Virus record (IMG/VR): IMGVR_UViG_3300025327_000013 | Reading direction: 5' to 3' (one strand) | Source of the DNA: an uncultured virus (IMG/VR IMGVR_UViG_3300025327_000013) | Taxonomy: Duplodnaviria > Heunggongvirae > Uroviricota > Caudoviricetes | DNA length: 64,000 nt | Shown here: piece after piece, positions 10,542 to 20,229 of the stretch | Layout of the letters: the number at the start of each line of letters is the position of its first letter | How positions within the stretch are numbered: position 1 is the stretch's first letter | The notes under the pieces: generated by a model | The model's input: the letters and a program-made list of their open reading frames with translations, nothing else | Told to the model about the DNA's origin: nothing | The model's database searches: none | Translations under genes and position numbers: made by a program

Positions 10542-11434
10542 GGGATCGTCGTAGGCCATCAGTCTCCAGCGGGGCCAGGCGGACGTGGGGATACCCTTCA
10601 CCCACATATTCCAGGATGTAGGAGAGCGAAATGAAGCGGAAATGCCAACACACAAAATGCCCGCAGGGCTATCTTCAGTGGCACGACTGGGCTGAGCGAA
10701 AAAGTCGCCGGCACAAGCAAGTACGTTGTCCAGGCTGCGGTTTGTACGCAATATGGGTGCGGAAGCCATGAAACTGCAACGCACATCGCCTGAGCGTCAA
10801 GCGCAGAACGTCGCTGAAGCGAGGCTCATGTTTCCGCAGTCAACCCCATGGATTTCACCGAAATTAGCCTCGAAGAGATCGGCGAGCCGGAAACTCAGGA
10901 CCGTCCGCGCGGACGTCTGGGTGGAGGCCATTGCGATCGTCAATGTGGTGCTGGACGCTGAGCGGGATGATACGGTCATCCAGCGACTGCAGACGGTGAA
11001 GGATCGGTTACATGCGGCAGCGGAGAAGGGTGCGTGAATAAGGCGAGTGAAAGGGTGACACTCCAGCCGATGGCGAAGACGTTTGCCGTGATGGCGAGCC
11101 GCGTGCGAGCAGGCGAACCCTATCAGGAGGTGCTTGCCGATTACGGTTTTCGTGTGGGTGACGCCCCAGAAACGCCCCACTTGATCGACAACACCTACGT
11201 CAAGGCCAATGGAAATCGGATTTGCCGAACATGCGGGCGATTGGCGTGGAGAGCAAACACCGGAGGATGTCCCATGCCTGATCAATCCCCGACGCCCGAG
11301 GCGCCTGTTCGCGTTCGGCGCTGCCCTGTGTGCCACGAGCCATTGTTGCTTATCCAGCGCGACCCGCCATCGACTGCTGTTCAGACTGGGGCGTGGGTGC
11401 CCTACTGCCGGTTGTGCCAGATGGAGATAGCCCG

Positions 11435-11638
11435 ATGACCCCGACGCCCGAGGCGATGACAAAGTCCTGGGCAGTCTTACACGCCGCAGACGGCTGCGAT
11501 CATGCGGCCTGCGGTGCGCCGGCCGGGAATGCCGACCAGGAATGCCTGGCTCGCCGGGTCGCCCTCGCCCTCACCGAGCAGGCGCGGGAGATCGAGCGGC
11601 TGCGGATGGAACTTGCGAAGGAGCGGGCGAATGGCTGA
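11435..11638 (+). CDS. box-A/box-B modular small protein (MTPTPEA...ALTEQAREIER)
   Basis: ATGA overlap with the upstream gene; boxes shared with the genes at 13592, 14033 and 14688. Confidence 0.7.
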   Translation: MTPTPEAMTKSWAVLHAADGCDHAACGAPAGNADQECLARRVALALTEQAREIERLRMELAKERANG

Positions 11639-11873
11639 CGAGCCCAGAGAAGCCCTGGCGATTCATTCTGAAACCGACCCCTGGGGCGCGTTTATCAATG
11701 CCCGACTCCGCGTTATTTATTGGCTCAGTCAAAAGGGCCACTCTGACGAGTACATCGCCGACTGCTTGGCCATGTTCGATGTGCAGCAAGTGACCCTTAT
11801 ACGCATGACGGCGGAGGATTGGTTAGCCAAGGGGCAAGCTGCCCGAGCCGCTGCACAGGGAGGGAGGGAATGA
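11631..11873 (+). CDS. small protein ending in box C (RAAAQGG)
   Basis: overlaps both neighbours; box C carries the GGAGG RBS of the next gene. Confidence 0.65.
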   Translation: MADEPREALAIHSETDPWGAFINARLRVIYWLSQKGHSDEYIADCLAMFDVQQVTLIRMTAEDWLAKGQAARAAAQGGRE

Positions 11874-12390
11874 GTTACGACGACGAGATTTCGATGGCAC
11901 GGAATGAGGAACGGGCAGACGAGGAAGAACAGGAACGTGAACCTCGTTCTTGGCGATGCGGTGGTTGTGGAGAAGTATTTCGATATGACCAGGGCGGGAG
12001 CCATCCCGTGCATGATTCTCGGTGCGATGGGTCGTGCACAAGAGGCTGCCCCGTGGAGTGCGGCCCGGTGACGCCCCATGCCTAACGACACGATGCCGCC
12101 CCCGTTGGCCTCCATCGGCCACGAGTGCTTGACCTGCCACGACTTCGTGCCGTCAGGCATGCCGCACACCTGCTGGCAGGAACCGACGGCAGAGGAAATG
12201 GGCTGCTGCCCGCTCTGTGGGCGGGCGGACGGGGCGTCGTGAGCCAGTGCTTCCAATCCGGCAACCTGACAATTTGCCGCTCTCCCTATCAGCCCGCGGC
12301 CCGCTGTGATCGGTTGGGAGGCGGCTGGTACGATCCGCAGTTTTACTGCGCGCCGGGACATGGCTGTAGAGTTGCGCGCAGGAGTCGATG

Positions 12391-12501
12391 ATGCCCTGGT
12401 ACTGGTGGCTCCTCATCGTGCTCGGCGCATTCAACGCGGGCATCGTGCTCGGCGGCTGGCTGGCCCGCACGAAGCACGACACCTGGGCCCCGAAAGGCTG
12501 A
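12391..12501 (+). CDS. 36-aa single-TM peptide MPWYWWLL...WLARTKHDTWAPKG
   Basis: below the ORF-track cutoff; paralogue at 15353. Confidence 0.65.
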   Translation: MPWYWWLLIVLGAFNAGIVLGGWLARTKHDTWAPKG

Positions 12502-12512
12502 GGAGTCTATCC

Positions 12513-12802
12513 ATGGCGACCCAACACCCGCTCTTCATTCCCACGCCAGCCGGGGAGACGCCTGCCTCTCGATGGGCACCGCCGAGCGCCAAGACAGAGA
12601 CCTCACCGCGCATACCTGGAACCACTGGGACGACGAGGAGGGGGTCAACGCCGCGTGCAAACCCCTGCGGGATGGGTTGGTGGATGCCCGAGTGATCCAC
12701 TCTGATGCGGCGGACAGTGGGCATGTTTTCTCTTACGCTCAGATCGTGGATCGGGCCCGGCGTGGGGTCGAAATCACGGTTGAGCTTGGGGAGGGGCTAT
12801 GA
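12513..12802 (+). pseudogene. truncated or frameshifted RusA-like resolvase remnant
   Basis: C-terminal half WDDEEGVNAACKPLRDGLVDARVIHSD resembles the RusA acidic motif spacing; the upstream ATG at 12513 is in another frame. Confidence 0.35.
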
Positions 12803-13204
12803 GCAAGGCGAGTGATTGGGCGGCACGTCGAAAGCAAGTTGAGAGTGAGCGGCCAGCGCCACTCCTGGGCTTATCCAGTAAAGGACACGTGGATTGGGTT
12901 GGTATTCAGGTGACGGATGATGGGAAGGCGATGCTTAGTGCCGGCAATACAACAATCTGGCTCCAGCCCGAGGCAGCGTGCGCGATTGCCCGGTGGATTC
13001 TCGACACGCTTGGGGAGGCGGAGTCATGCTGATCCCCTCTGCGGCCATTGCGCTCGTGTGGGCTTTGCGGTCACAGGGGCAGCCCGACAAGGCCATCCTC
13101 GCGGTGCTCAAGCGGCCCTTGCCAACTCCTCCCTATCGGCCGAGCCGGTTCACTGCGATGGAGACGGAGCCGGTGTACGGGTGGTTTCACGCGCGGCGAA
13201 TCCG

Positions 13205-13516
13205 ATGAAGCGAAGCCGGCTCCGGCCTATCTCGAAAAAGACCGGCAGACGCCGCCCGGGTCGGGACGCCGCGAGGCGGCATGTGCTCGCCCGCACCACG
13301 ATGGCGCCCGTCGGGCATTGTGAGTACGCGGCTGGCGGCCCTGCTGCTCGGGAGCACTGGGGGCCGTTGGACATCCACCATGTGGCCAAGCGGAGCCAGA
13401 GGGGCACGGAGGAGCCGAGCAACCTGCTGAGGCTGTGCCGGCGCCATCACGACATTTCCGCATCCAGTACGATGGCCAGGCGAAGGGAGCGCGGGCACTG
13501 CTTACATACATGCTGA
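13205..13516 (+). CDS. HNH endonuclease-like protein
   Basis: DIHHVAKRSQRG...NLLRLCRRHHD. Confidence 0.65.
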   Translation: MKRSRLRPISKKTGRRRPGRDAARRHVLARTTMAPVGHCEYAAGGPAAREHWGPLDIHHVAKRSQRGTEEPSNLLRLCRRHHDISASSTMARRRERGHCLHTC

Positions 13517-13591
13517 GTGTGAGGACGAAGAATGTCGGAGAGCGCATGCCGCGTTGAGCGACAAGCAGCGCGCGGGGTTTCTTCGATGGCT

Positions 13592-13873
13592 ATGACCCCG
13601 ACGCCCGAGGCGCTGGCGACAGCACAGACAACCGCCGAGCGGGCTGTTCATACGTGGGAGGAGGCTGGCGTAGCTCATCGGGCGTGGTATGGACGCGCTC
13701 AACTGATTGAGGTCATTCGGTACGAATTGGCCGCTTATGCAGCAGAATATGCGCGGGAAATCGAGCGGGTGACCTGGGAGGCGGCGCTAAATGAACTGCC
13801 ATCTGGCAGTCTCTTTGAGCACTTACGAGAGACGTTCTACGCTCGCGCTACTGCGCGGGAACGGAGTGGGTGA
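13592..13873 (+). CDS. box-A/box-B modular small protein
   Basis: MTPTPEALA...AREIERVTWEAA. Confidence 0.7.
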   Translation: MTPTPEALATAQTTAERAVHTWEEAGVAHRAWYGRAQLIEVIRYELAAYAAEYAREIERVTWEAALNELPSGSLFEHLRETFYARATARERSG

Positions 13874-14032
13874 TGGGTGTCAAGAAAGGGACGATACTGC
13901 CTCGCGGGATATGCCCTGTGTGCGGGCAGGATCGCCCGCTGAACAAAGAGGGGGTGCTGATGGGCCACGGCGGCTGTCTTGGCGAACACGAACGGCCAAT
14001 AGTGCCCATTGCTGTTGAGCAGGGAGGGAGAG

Positions 14033-14695
14033 ATGGCTGAGACCCCAACGCCCGAGGCGGTGGCGGCCCAATCCGTTGTTATTTTGGGCTACTGTTCAAC
14101 GCATCCAGGTGTCCCGTTCATCGAGGACATGGCGGATCACACTGCCTTCTGCCCGCTGTGCGAGTATCTCGGAACTCGACGCGCCCTCACCGAGCAGGCG
14201 CGACGGATTACCGCGCCCATTGTTGTGATGTGTGGTTCGACGCGGTTCCGTTTTACCTGGATCGAGGAGTACGGAAGGTTGACCGACGAGGGCTTTATTG
14301 TGCTTTCAGTCGGTCGCATGCTCCCCAAGGTAACGGGGGCATTTGACCCCGTCCACAAAGCACGTCTTGATGAACTACACAAGCGGAAGATTGATCTCGC
14401 CGACTGGGTATGGGTGCTTGACGTAGGCGGCTACATCGGTGAGAGCACGAAGAGCGAGATCGCCTATGCGGAGACGCTAGGGCGACCCGTTCGCTTTTTG
14501 TCGCGCGAATATCCTCAGTACGTCGAGCCTCCTGACCCTTCCGTCGAGCAGGCGCGGGAGATCGAGCGGGCGACGTGGGAGGCGGCGGCAGACATGCTCG
14601 GAAGCTGGAACTGGGATACACAGGCACTCGGCCGCTTGGTCGCGCGATTTCGTGACCGCGCCCGTGCCGCTGCGCAGGGAGGGAGCGATGGCTGA
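14033..14695 (+). CDS. modular protein carrying a nucleoside 2-deoxyribosyltransferase-like (DUF4406-like) domain
   Basis: CGSTRF...LHKRKIDLADWVWVLDVGGYIGESTKSEIAYA between two EQAR boxes; boxes A and C at the ends. Confidence 0.7.
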   Translation: MAETPTPEAVAAQSVVILGYCSTHPGVPFIEDMADHTAFCPLCEYLGTRRALTEQARRITAPIVVMCGSTRFRFTWIEEYGRLTDEGFIVLSVGRMLPKVTGAFDPVHKARLDELHKRKIDLADWVWVLDVGGYIGESTKSEIAYAETLGRPVRFLSREYPQYVEPPDPSVEQAREIERATWEAAADMLGSWNWDTQALGRLVARFRDRARAAAQGGSDG

Positions 14696-15017
14696 GACCC
14701 CGACGCCCGAGGCGCTGGCTCAGGCGAGAAAAGCAGTAAGAGAGTGCTCGCACGTCGAGGTGATCCGGTTCCCACACAAGGTGATCCAGGCATTCCCATA
14801 CAAGGTGATCCAGGCATTCCCATACAAGGCGGCGTGTTGCCAATGCATCGCCCTCGTCCTCACCGAGCAGGCGCGGCAGATCGAGCCGCTGCGGGAGCTG
14901 TGGAAAGCAGTAAACGACACGCCTGAATTCGGTCTTCCAACGGAGTAACAATGGGAGCGCATCATCAGCATTCATGAGCTGGCCCGCGCCGCCGCGCAGG
15001 GAGGGGTGAGTGCCTAA
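14688..15017 (+). pseudogene. box-A/B/C modular gene interrupted by an in-frame TAA at 14946-14948
   Basis: the frame continues QWERIISIHELARAAAQGGVSA after the stop; contains a 24-bp tandem duplication (KVIQAFPY x2). Confidence 0.55.
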
Positions 15018-15352
15018 GCGGATACGGAAACCTTTAGAGAGTTGCGTGAATGGATGTGGCATCCCTCCGTCACCTCCGAGTTTGGTGATCTGCGGCCCAT
15101 GCCAGGACAAGATCACGGACTTCTTCAGGGGCGAGATTGCGCGATGGGATGCTGTCCTACAATACCGCGCCGCCGCGCAGGGAGGGACACCATGATCGAC
15201 GGCCCAGAAGATAACACTGACGAGCCATGCCCGGATTGCGATGGAGATGGTTTGATGCTGGCCGACTGTTTCGAGGACTCGTGTTGTTGCGCGGAGCCAG
15301 AAATGGAGCACGACCTGATTCTCTGCCCGAGTTGTGTGAGCAGGCCCCGCTG

Positions 15353-15472
15353 ATGCCTTGGTACTGGTGGCTCCTTTGCTGGATCCTCGGTTTTCTGGTC
15401 ATTGGTCTCGTGTGGTATGGCATGGCGTGGCTTGCACGTACGAAGCATGATGGATGGGCGCCGAAGGGCTGA
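15353..15472 (+). CDS. 39-aa single-TM peptide MPWYWWLL...WLARTKHDGWAPKG
   Basis: TGATG overlap with the upstream gene; paralogue of 12391. Confidence 0.65.
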   Translation: MPWYWWLLCWILGFLVIGLVWYGMAWLARTKHDGWAPKG

Positions 15473-16577
15473 TGATGCCTGACGCTTGGCCGATGATCAT
15501 GCGTTATCAAGTCAGACCGGACGGTGGATTTGCCTAAGGACGAAGCCAAGTGAACATCCCTAAACTGCTTACTTTATGTATCATCTAAGTCAGATTTACT
15601 CTTGTTTATCTCAGTTTTCCTTATCTTCTCTTCTACTTTGCTGAGTATGTCTTCGAGAGGAGGTGCAGTGAATAGCTAAGTCATTGATCCAGCGACGGAA
15701 CGAACCAAAGAGTTATCTATGCATGCATTTAGCAAATGATTGACGTTGGACTTGACGGTACTACGTGTGCTATGTTCTTGATATGCAGTATCGTCAAGCG
15801 TTGAACTAGAAAGGAGAAAAGAATGAATGTTCCAGAGACAATTGGTCCAGGAGAAGGTATAGCAAATCTGAAGGAAAGGGCTGCAGCCATGACTGTAGCG
15901 CCGCATGTGATGAATCCGGCCACTGAGGCTGCGGCGCAACAGGAAACCACTGTTGTTAGGGCTGAGGCCGACGCTACGAAGTAGTAGTATGGCGAAGGTG
16001 TCTCTGTGCGCTCGGTGTAAGGTCAATCCGCGCACGAAGACGCACCGTTGGTGCAGGTTCTGTCAGACGATGTGGCGGGCGGATCAGCGGCGGGAGGAGA
16101 AATCCGTCAGAGAATCACGGGTGCTTGTCTTTGGATCTCCGTTAGGAGAAGGATAAGGTGAGTACTGGCGTTGGCATGCGTGCCTTCTGGATGCTAGGTC
16201 GTGGTAAGGCTCTGGCTCCGCGTATCAGCCGGAATCGTGGTCGGCCCTACACACAGCGTTATGGGCAGTCGGGACGTGATAAGGCGCGCGAGGTTTCGTT
16301 GACTACGATTCACGGTCAGGAGAATACGAAGTGACACGTTCGTTTATTCTCCTGTGCGTACTCCTGATATTCGGGTGCGCGTCCGCATGGACACGGGTCC
16401 CCGGTGGTTGTGAAGGAATGTATCGTGGGCCTGATTCGGGTGACAGTCCATGCCCGCTGGGTCACCCACCGATCGTGCCTGACCGAGTGCAGGAGAAATG
16501 AGGCAGCTTTTCCGTCGGTTGTTCTCAAAAGTATGGCCGAGCGGTCTGCGTTATAGTGTGGAGCGACGGACAATACT

Positions 16578-16964
16578 GTGGGCTCCGTGGCGTCGTCGAG
16601 GTGGCTTGTCATGAGACAAGGAACGGCTCGCAGCACGAAAGGTTCAAGGGTCACTGACGGTTGGTGGCGCCACACGGGCCGTGAGTTCTGGCGCGTGCGC
16701 TGGCCCCTCGGTATCTCCATCGCGGTTGTGGTATTGCGGAGCCGCGGAATCATTCCGAAGGGGACAGACGAAAGCTTGGTGTTGTATAAGTGCGCGTTGG
16801 CGACCATCGGCTTCGTCTTGGCTCATATGACTCGCCAGCAGGCATTTCCGTACATCAATCTTGGAGAGCTGCTCCGGTCGCGGAGTCCGATGTTTGGCCC
16901 CGCTGTGGTGGGGATGGCGATCATCTATGCGGCCTTCGTATTAGGCATTACCTTGGGATTGTAA
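16578..16964 (+). CDS. putative holin (2/3-TM type; start may be downstream)
   Basis: three hydrophobic segments, LYK...R..FPY pattern, upstream of the endolysin. Confidence 0.65.
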   Translation: MGSVASSRWLVMRQGTARSTKGSRVTDGWWRHTGREFWRVRWPLGISIAVVVLRSRGIIPKGTDESLVLYKCALATIGFVLAHMTRQQAFPYINLGELLRSRSPMFGPAVVGMAIIYAAFVLGITLGL

Positions 16965-17383
16965 TGAGAAGGCGGGGAGGCGTGCGAGGTCGACGATCTC
17001 CTTTACGCGGTACAGGTGTCGTGGGTACCTTCCGTCATCTCGCCGATCGGGCGTCAACCTTCCAGAAACTCGGTGCCGCGATCATCGTGGCCGTGTCGTT
17101 GCTTGGGCTCATGGGGGCGGCGATTACTCGGTATGCGCCCTGGGCATGGGCGTCAGAAGTCAATAAGCGGCAGACAGCAATTGAATCGAAGGTCGACACA
17201 CTGTCGTCTGTCGTCCTGCAAAGTCAAGTTGCGGACGCGGAGAATAAAATCGCGACGCTCGAGGCTAAGGCAGCAGGGAAACAGGGGTTGACGGATGTCG
17301 AAGCGGAATATCTCCGTGGTCAGCGGCGACGGCTGAATGATCTGAATTTGCAGCTTCAGTTACTCAGTAAACCGAGGATGTGA
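16964..17383 (+). CDS. TM plus coiled-coil lysis-module protein
   Basis: single TM (LGAAIIVAVSLLGLMGAAI) followed by a heptad pattern. Confidence 0.5.
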   Translation: MRRRGGVRGRRSPLRGTGVVGTFRHLADRASTFQKLGAAIIVAVSLLGLMGAAITRYAPWAWASEVNKRQTAIESKVDTLSSVVLQSQVADAENKIATLEAKAAGKQGLTDVEAEYLRGQRRRLNDLNLQLQLLSKPRM

Positions 17384-17576
17384 CATGAACACGTCGACAG
17401 AGTACACGAGGCTCCAGGAAGAGAATACGCGTCTTCGGCTTGCACTGAATGCGATGCTTGTCTGGGATCAGGAAGAGCCTCGGTATAAGACGCGTAATGG
17501 TGTTCCCATGGACATGCCAAAGTCCGTCGCGAGACTTCTCAAGAAGGCCGTGGGACATGGATGACCTGATCCTACC

Positions 17577-18251
17577 ATGAGTGTACTGCACGCGATCGGG
17601 TGTTTTTTGTCGATTGTGTTCTGTCCGATAACGTCGGCCGTGCCAGCATCGTCGCCAGCGGTGCTTCCAACGCCGATAACGTCTGTCGTGGTCCCAGTGG
17701 ATCTGCCCAAAGAGATTCCGCGTGAGGTCTTGAAGTATCGGAACATGTTGATCCGGGAAATCCGTGTGATATGGGGAGATGGGGAACCGGCGGAGACGTT
17801 TTTCGGTCAAGTGCATGCCGAGAGCAGGTGGCAGACCGATGCGAAGAGCAAATATGCATCGGGACTTTCCCAATTTACTCCGGATACAGCGCGATGGATG
17901 AACGGACTCTATCCTGTGGACCTCGGGGAAATTTGCGAGGGGGCTGGTGGATGTCCCACTGATCCACGCTGGGCGTTGCGTGCTCTTGTTCGTTTTGATG
18001 ACAGGCTGTATCGAGCAATTACTGGGGCTGCGTCCAAAATAGAGACGTGGGCTTACACGCTGGCGTCATACAATAGTGGGCAGGGGTGGGTGACTCGTGA
18101 ACGGGCGATATCATCAGATCGCTCTCGGTGGTTCGGGGCAACGGAGAAAGTCTGTCTTCGTCGCGCTGACTTCTGTCGTGAGACCAAAAACTACGTGCAT
18201 TCTATAATTGAAAAATGGGCACCACTCTACCGGGCCTGGCTTGCGCGGTAG
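17577..18251 (+). CDS. SLT-family lytic transglycosylase endolysin with hydrophobic N-terminus
   Basis: motifs AES, GLSQF and SYNSG; next to the holin. Confidence 0.85.
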   Translation: MSVLHAIGCFLSIVFCPITSAVPASSPAVLPTPITSVVVPVDLPKEIPREVLKYRNMLIREIRVIWGDGEPAETFFGQVHAESRWQTDAKSKYASGLSQFTPDTARWMNGLYPVDLGEICEGAGGCPTDPRWALRALVRFDDRLYRAITGAASKIETWAYTLASYNSGQGWVTRERAISSDRSRWFGATEKVCLRRADFCRETKNYVHSIIEKWAPLYRAWLAR

Positions 18252-18263
18252 GAGGCTAAGTCA

Positions 18264-19466
18264 ATGCTGAGCCGCCTTGGTTTCCGTTATCGCATTTATC
18301 CGACGCTGGAGCAAGAGGCTAGGCTCTTGGATTGGGAGGATGCGCTTCGGGCGCTGTGGAATGCAGCCAATGAACAGCGTTTGGAGTACTTAAAGCGGCA
18401 CGCCAGCATGCCCAGTGCTTTTGATCAGAGTAACCAGTTGAAAGATCTTCGGGCTGACCTGCCATGGCAAGCCGATTTGCCGCGCCATAGTGCGGACAAG
18501 TTACTTGTGGATCTTGATGCGGCGTGGCAGCGATGTTTCATGAAGTTAGGACGGAAACCCAGATGGAAGAAAAAGGGGCGTGGTGCTATCTCCATAACGG
18601 AGCCGTACTCGAAGGGGTTCCGCTTGACCGCCACCGGCGTGGTCTTTCCGAAGCTCGGGGAGATTCGGGCTGTGTTCCATAGACCGATTCAGGGCATCCA
18701 GAAGATCTGTACCATCAGTCGCGAAGTTAACCAGTGGTTCGTTTCAATTCAGTGTGAGCAGGATGTTCCGGAGCCTGATAGGCGCACCGGCCCGGTGGTA
18801 GCCATCGATCGCGGCATCACAAATCTGCTGGCTGATTCGGATGGTGCGGTGATTAAGAATCCAAAATATCTAGAGGGCGCTATTAAGCGACTGGCACGAG
18901 CTCAGCGTGTAGTCGCAAGGCGGGAGAAAGGTTCTCGCCGACGGGAGCGAGCGAAATTTAAAGTTGCTGTGCTCCATCGAAAGGTTCGTCGGCGGCGCCA
19001 GCACACCCTGCATGTTCTCTCTTCTAACTACGCCAAGAGCCACGGTGTAGTAGTGCTGGAGAGGTTGAATGTGAAGGGAATGGTGCGGAGCAATCTTGGG
19101 CGGCAGATCAGCGATGCTGGATGGTCCACTTTCCGTTCGATGCTTCGCTATAAGCTGGAAGCCACTGGGGGCACGCTCGTTGAGATTCCGGCCCACTACT
19201 CCAGCCAAACCTGTATGGCTTGTGGCGTTGTCAATGCTGCTAATCGGTCGGGCGAGGTCTTCTCTTGTGTGACTTGCGGGTACACGGCGCACGCGGATCT
19301 GAACGCAGCGCAAGTACTCCTCAGCCGCCGAAACGGCGGTGGTGCTGGCCGTGGAGGCTTCCCCGAAGTAAGGGGGCCTGCGAAACGGCAACTCCGCGTT
19401 GTAAGGCGTGGGCGTTCGACTCGACAGTTTGGACTCCCCAAAAGTCCAGACTTTAAGGTCGGATGA
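18264..19466 (+). CDS. tnpB: IS200/IS605-family RNA-guided nuclease TnpB
   Basis: FRYRIYPT N-terminus; RuvC I (AIDRG), II (VLERL), CxxC..CxxC zinc finger, RuvC III (HADLNAA); D-E-D triad intact. Confidence 0.93.
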   Translation: MLSRLGFRYRIYPTLEQEARLLDWEDALRALWNAANEQRLEYLKRHASMPSAFDQSNQLKDLRADLPWQADLPRHSADKLLVDLDAAWQRCFMKLGRKPRWKKKGRGAISITEPYSKGFRLTATGVVFPKLGEIRAVFHRPIQGIQKICTISREVNQWFVSIQCEQDVPEPDRRTGPVVAIDRGITNLLADSDGAVIKNPKYLEGAIKRLARAQRVVARREKGSRRRERAKFKVAVLHRKVRRRRQHTLHVLSSNYAKSHGVVVLERLNVKGMVRSNLGRQISDAGWSTFRSMLRYKLEATGGTLVEIPAHYSSQTCMACGVVNAANRSGEVFSCVTCGYTAHADLNAAQVLLSRRNGGGAGRGGFPEVRGPAKRQLRVVRRGRSTRQFGLPKSPDFKVG

Positions 19467-19473
19467 TGTTTAC
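18266..19473 (+). mobile_element. tnpB-only element (no tnpA, no separate left end); right end ...agtccagactttaaggtcggatgatgtttac
   Basis: IS605-like subterminal hairpin and TTAC end; removing 18266-19473 restores RBS-ATG-GAA-TGG of the downstream gene. Confidence 0.65.
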
Positions 19474-19648
19474 GGAATGGTATTTTACGCTCTTACTCCT
19501 TACGTCTGATGGATCAATCACGAAGCACGAGAAGGCATTCCAGTCTGAAGACGCATGTGTCCGAGCCATGATCAAGGTGAGTGATCAGCCGATCAAGGTT
19601 GGTGAAGGTCGGATCTTATCGAGGTGCCGAACGCGGTCTACCGTGTAG
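19463..19648 (+). CDS. small protein whose start is supplied by the tnpB right end
   Basis: ATGA overlap with the tnpB stop; W.FTL..F.....C..IL..C pattern shared with ORF 63330. Confidence 0.6.
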   Translation: MMFTEWYFTLLLLTSDGSITKHEKAFQSEDACVRAMIKVSDQPIKVGEGRILSRCRTRSTV

Positions 19649-19809
19649 CCGAAGAGGAGGTTTAGCATGGGATTTCGTGGCTGGTTTGAGGTGGCACTGA
19701 TCCTCGTTGCGTTTGTAGGTTGGCGCCGGGAACTTAGCGGTCTGTGGAACACGGTTACACCGCGCTTTGGTGCGTGGCTCGAGACTTGGTTTGCAAAAAA
19801 GCCGCAGTA

Positions 19810-20229
19810 ATGCTCCCCTGGTGGCTCCTGTCGGCATTCAAGAACAAGTGGCTCTGGATTAGCTTGGGCGTTTGCGCGGTCGCGGCTGTTGTATACGTGG
19901 AGGTCGTACCTTGGGTGACGACCCGATATCTTCGTCAGCAGCAACAGGCGAACACGGAGTTTCTGAAAAAAGTCAAGACAGCGGAAACAGAGATCGCAGC
20001 TAAGGATCGAGCGATTCGGAATCTGAGTACGCAGATCCAGGCGCTGACGAAGAAGGCGGACATCGCCCATGCGCAATACCTTGTGATTGCGAAGGATCGC
20101 GATCGGCTCCGATCGCAGACTGAGTCGCTAGCGGTGAAGATCACGACGCTCGAGCGGGAGCGGGCGGAGCTCAAGAAGGTCGAGTCGCTGGGCGAGGCGC
20201 AGAAAGTATTGAATAAGGCGGGGTGGTGA
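19810..20229 (+). CDS. putative i-spanin-like protein
   Basis: N-terminal TM followed by a long coiled coil; in the lysis module. Confidence 0.5.
   Translation: MLPWWLLSAFKNKWLWISLGVCAVAAVVYVEVVPWVTTRYLRQQQQANTEFLKKVKTAETEIAAKDRAIRNLSTQIQALTKKADIAHAQYLVIAKDRDRLRSQTESLAVKITTLERERAELKKVESLGEAQKVLNKAGW

Noticed and set aside
14946..14948. Stop-codon reassignment
   Set aside because: It is an isolated case; long genes end normally at TAA, TAG and TGA and are not fragmented.
11435..15186. Box repeats as a CRISPR array, DGR or integron
   Set aside because: Spacing is irregular and in-frame; there is no adenine-specific TR/VR pair, reverse transcriptase, attC-like palindrome or integrase in the window.
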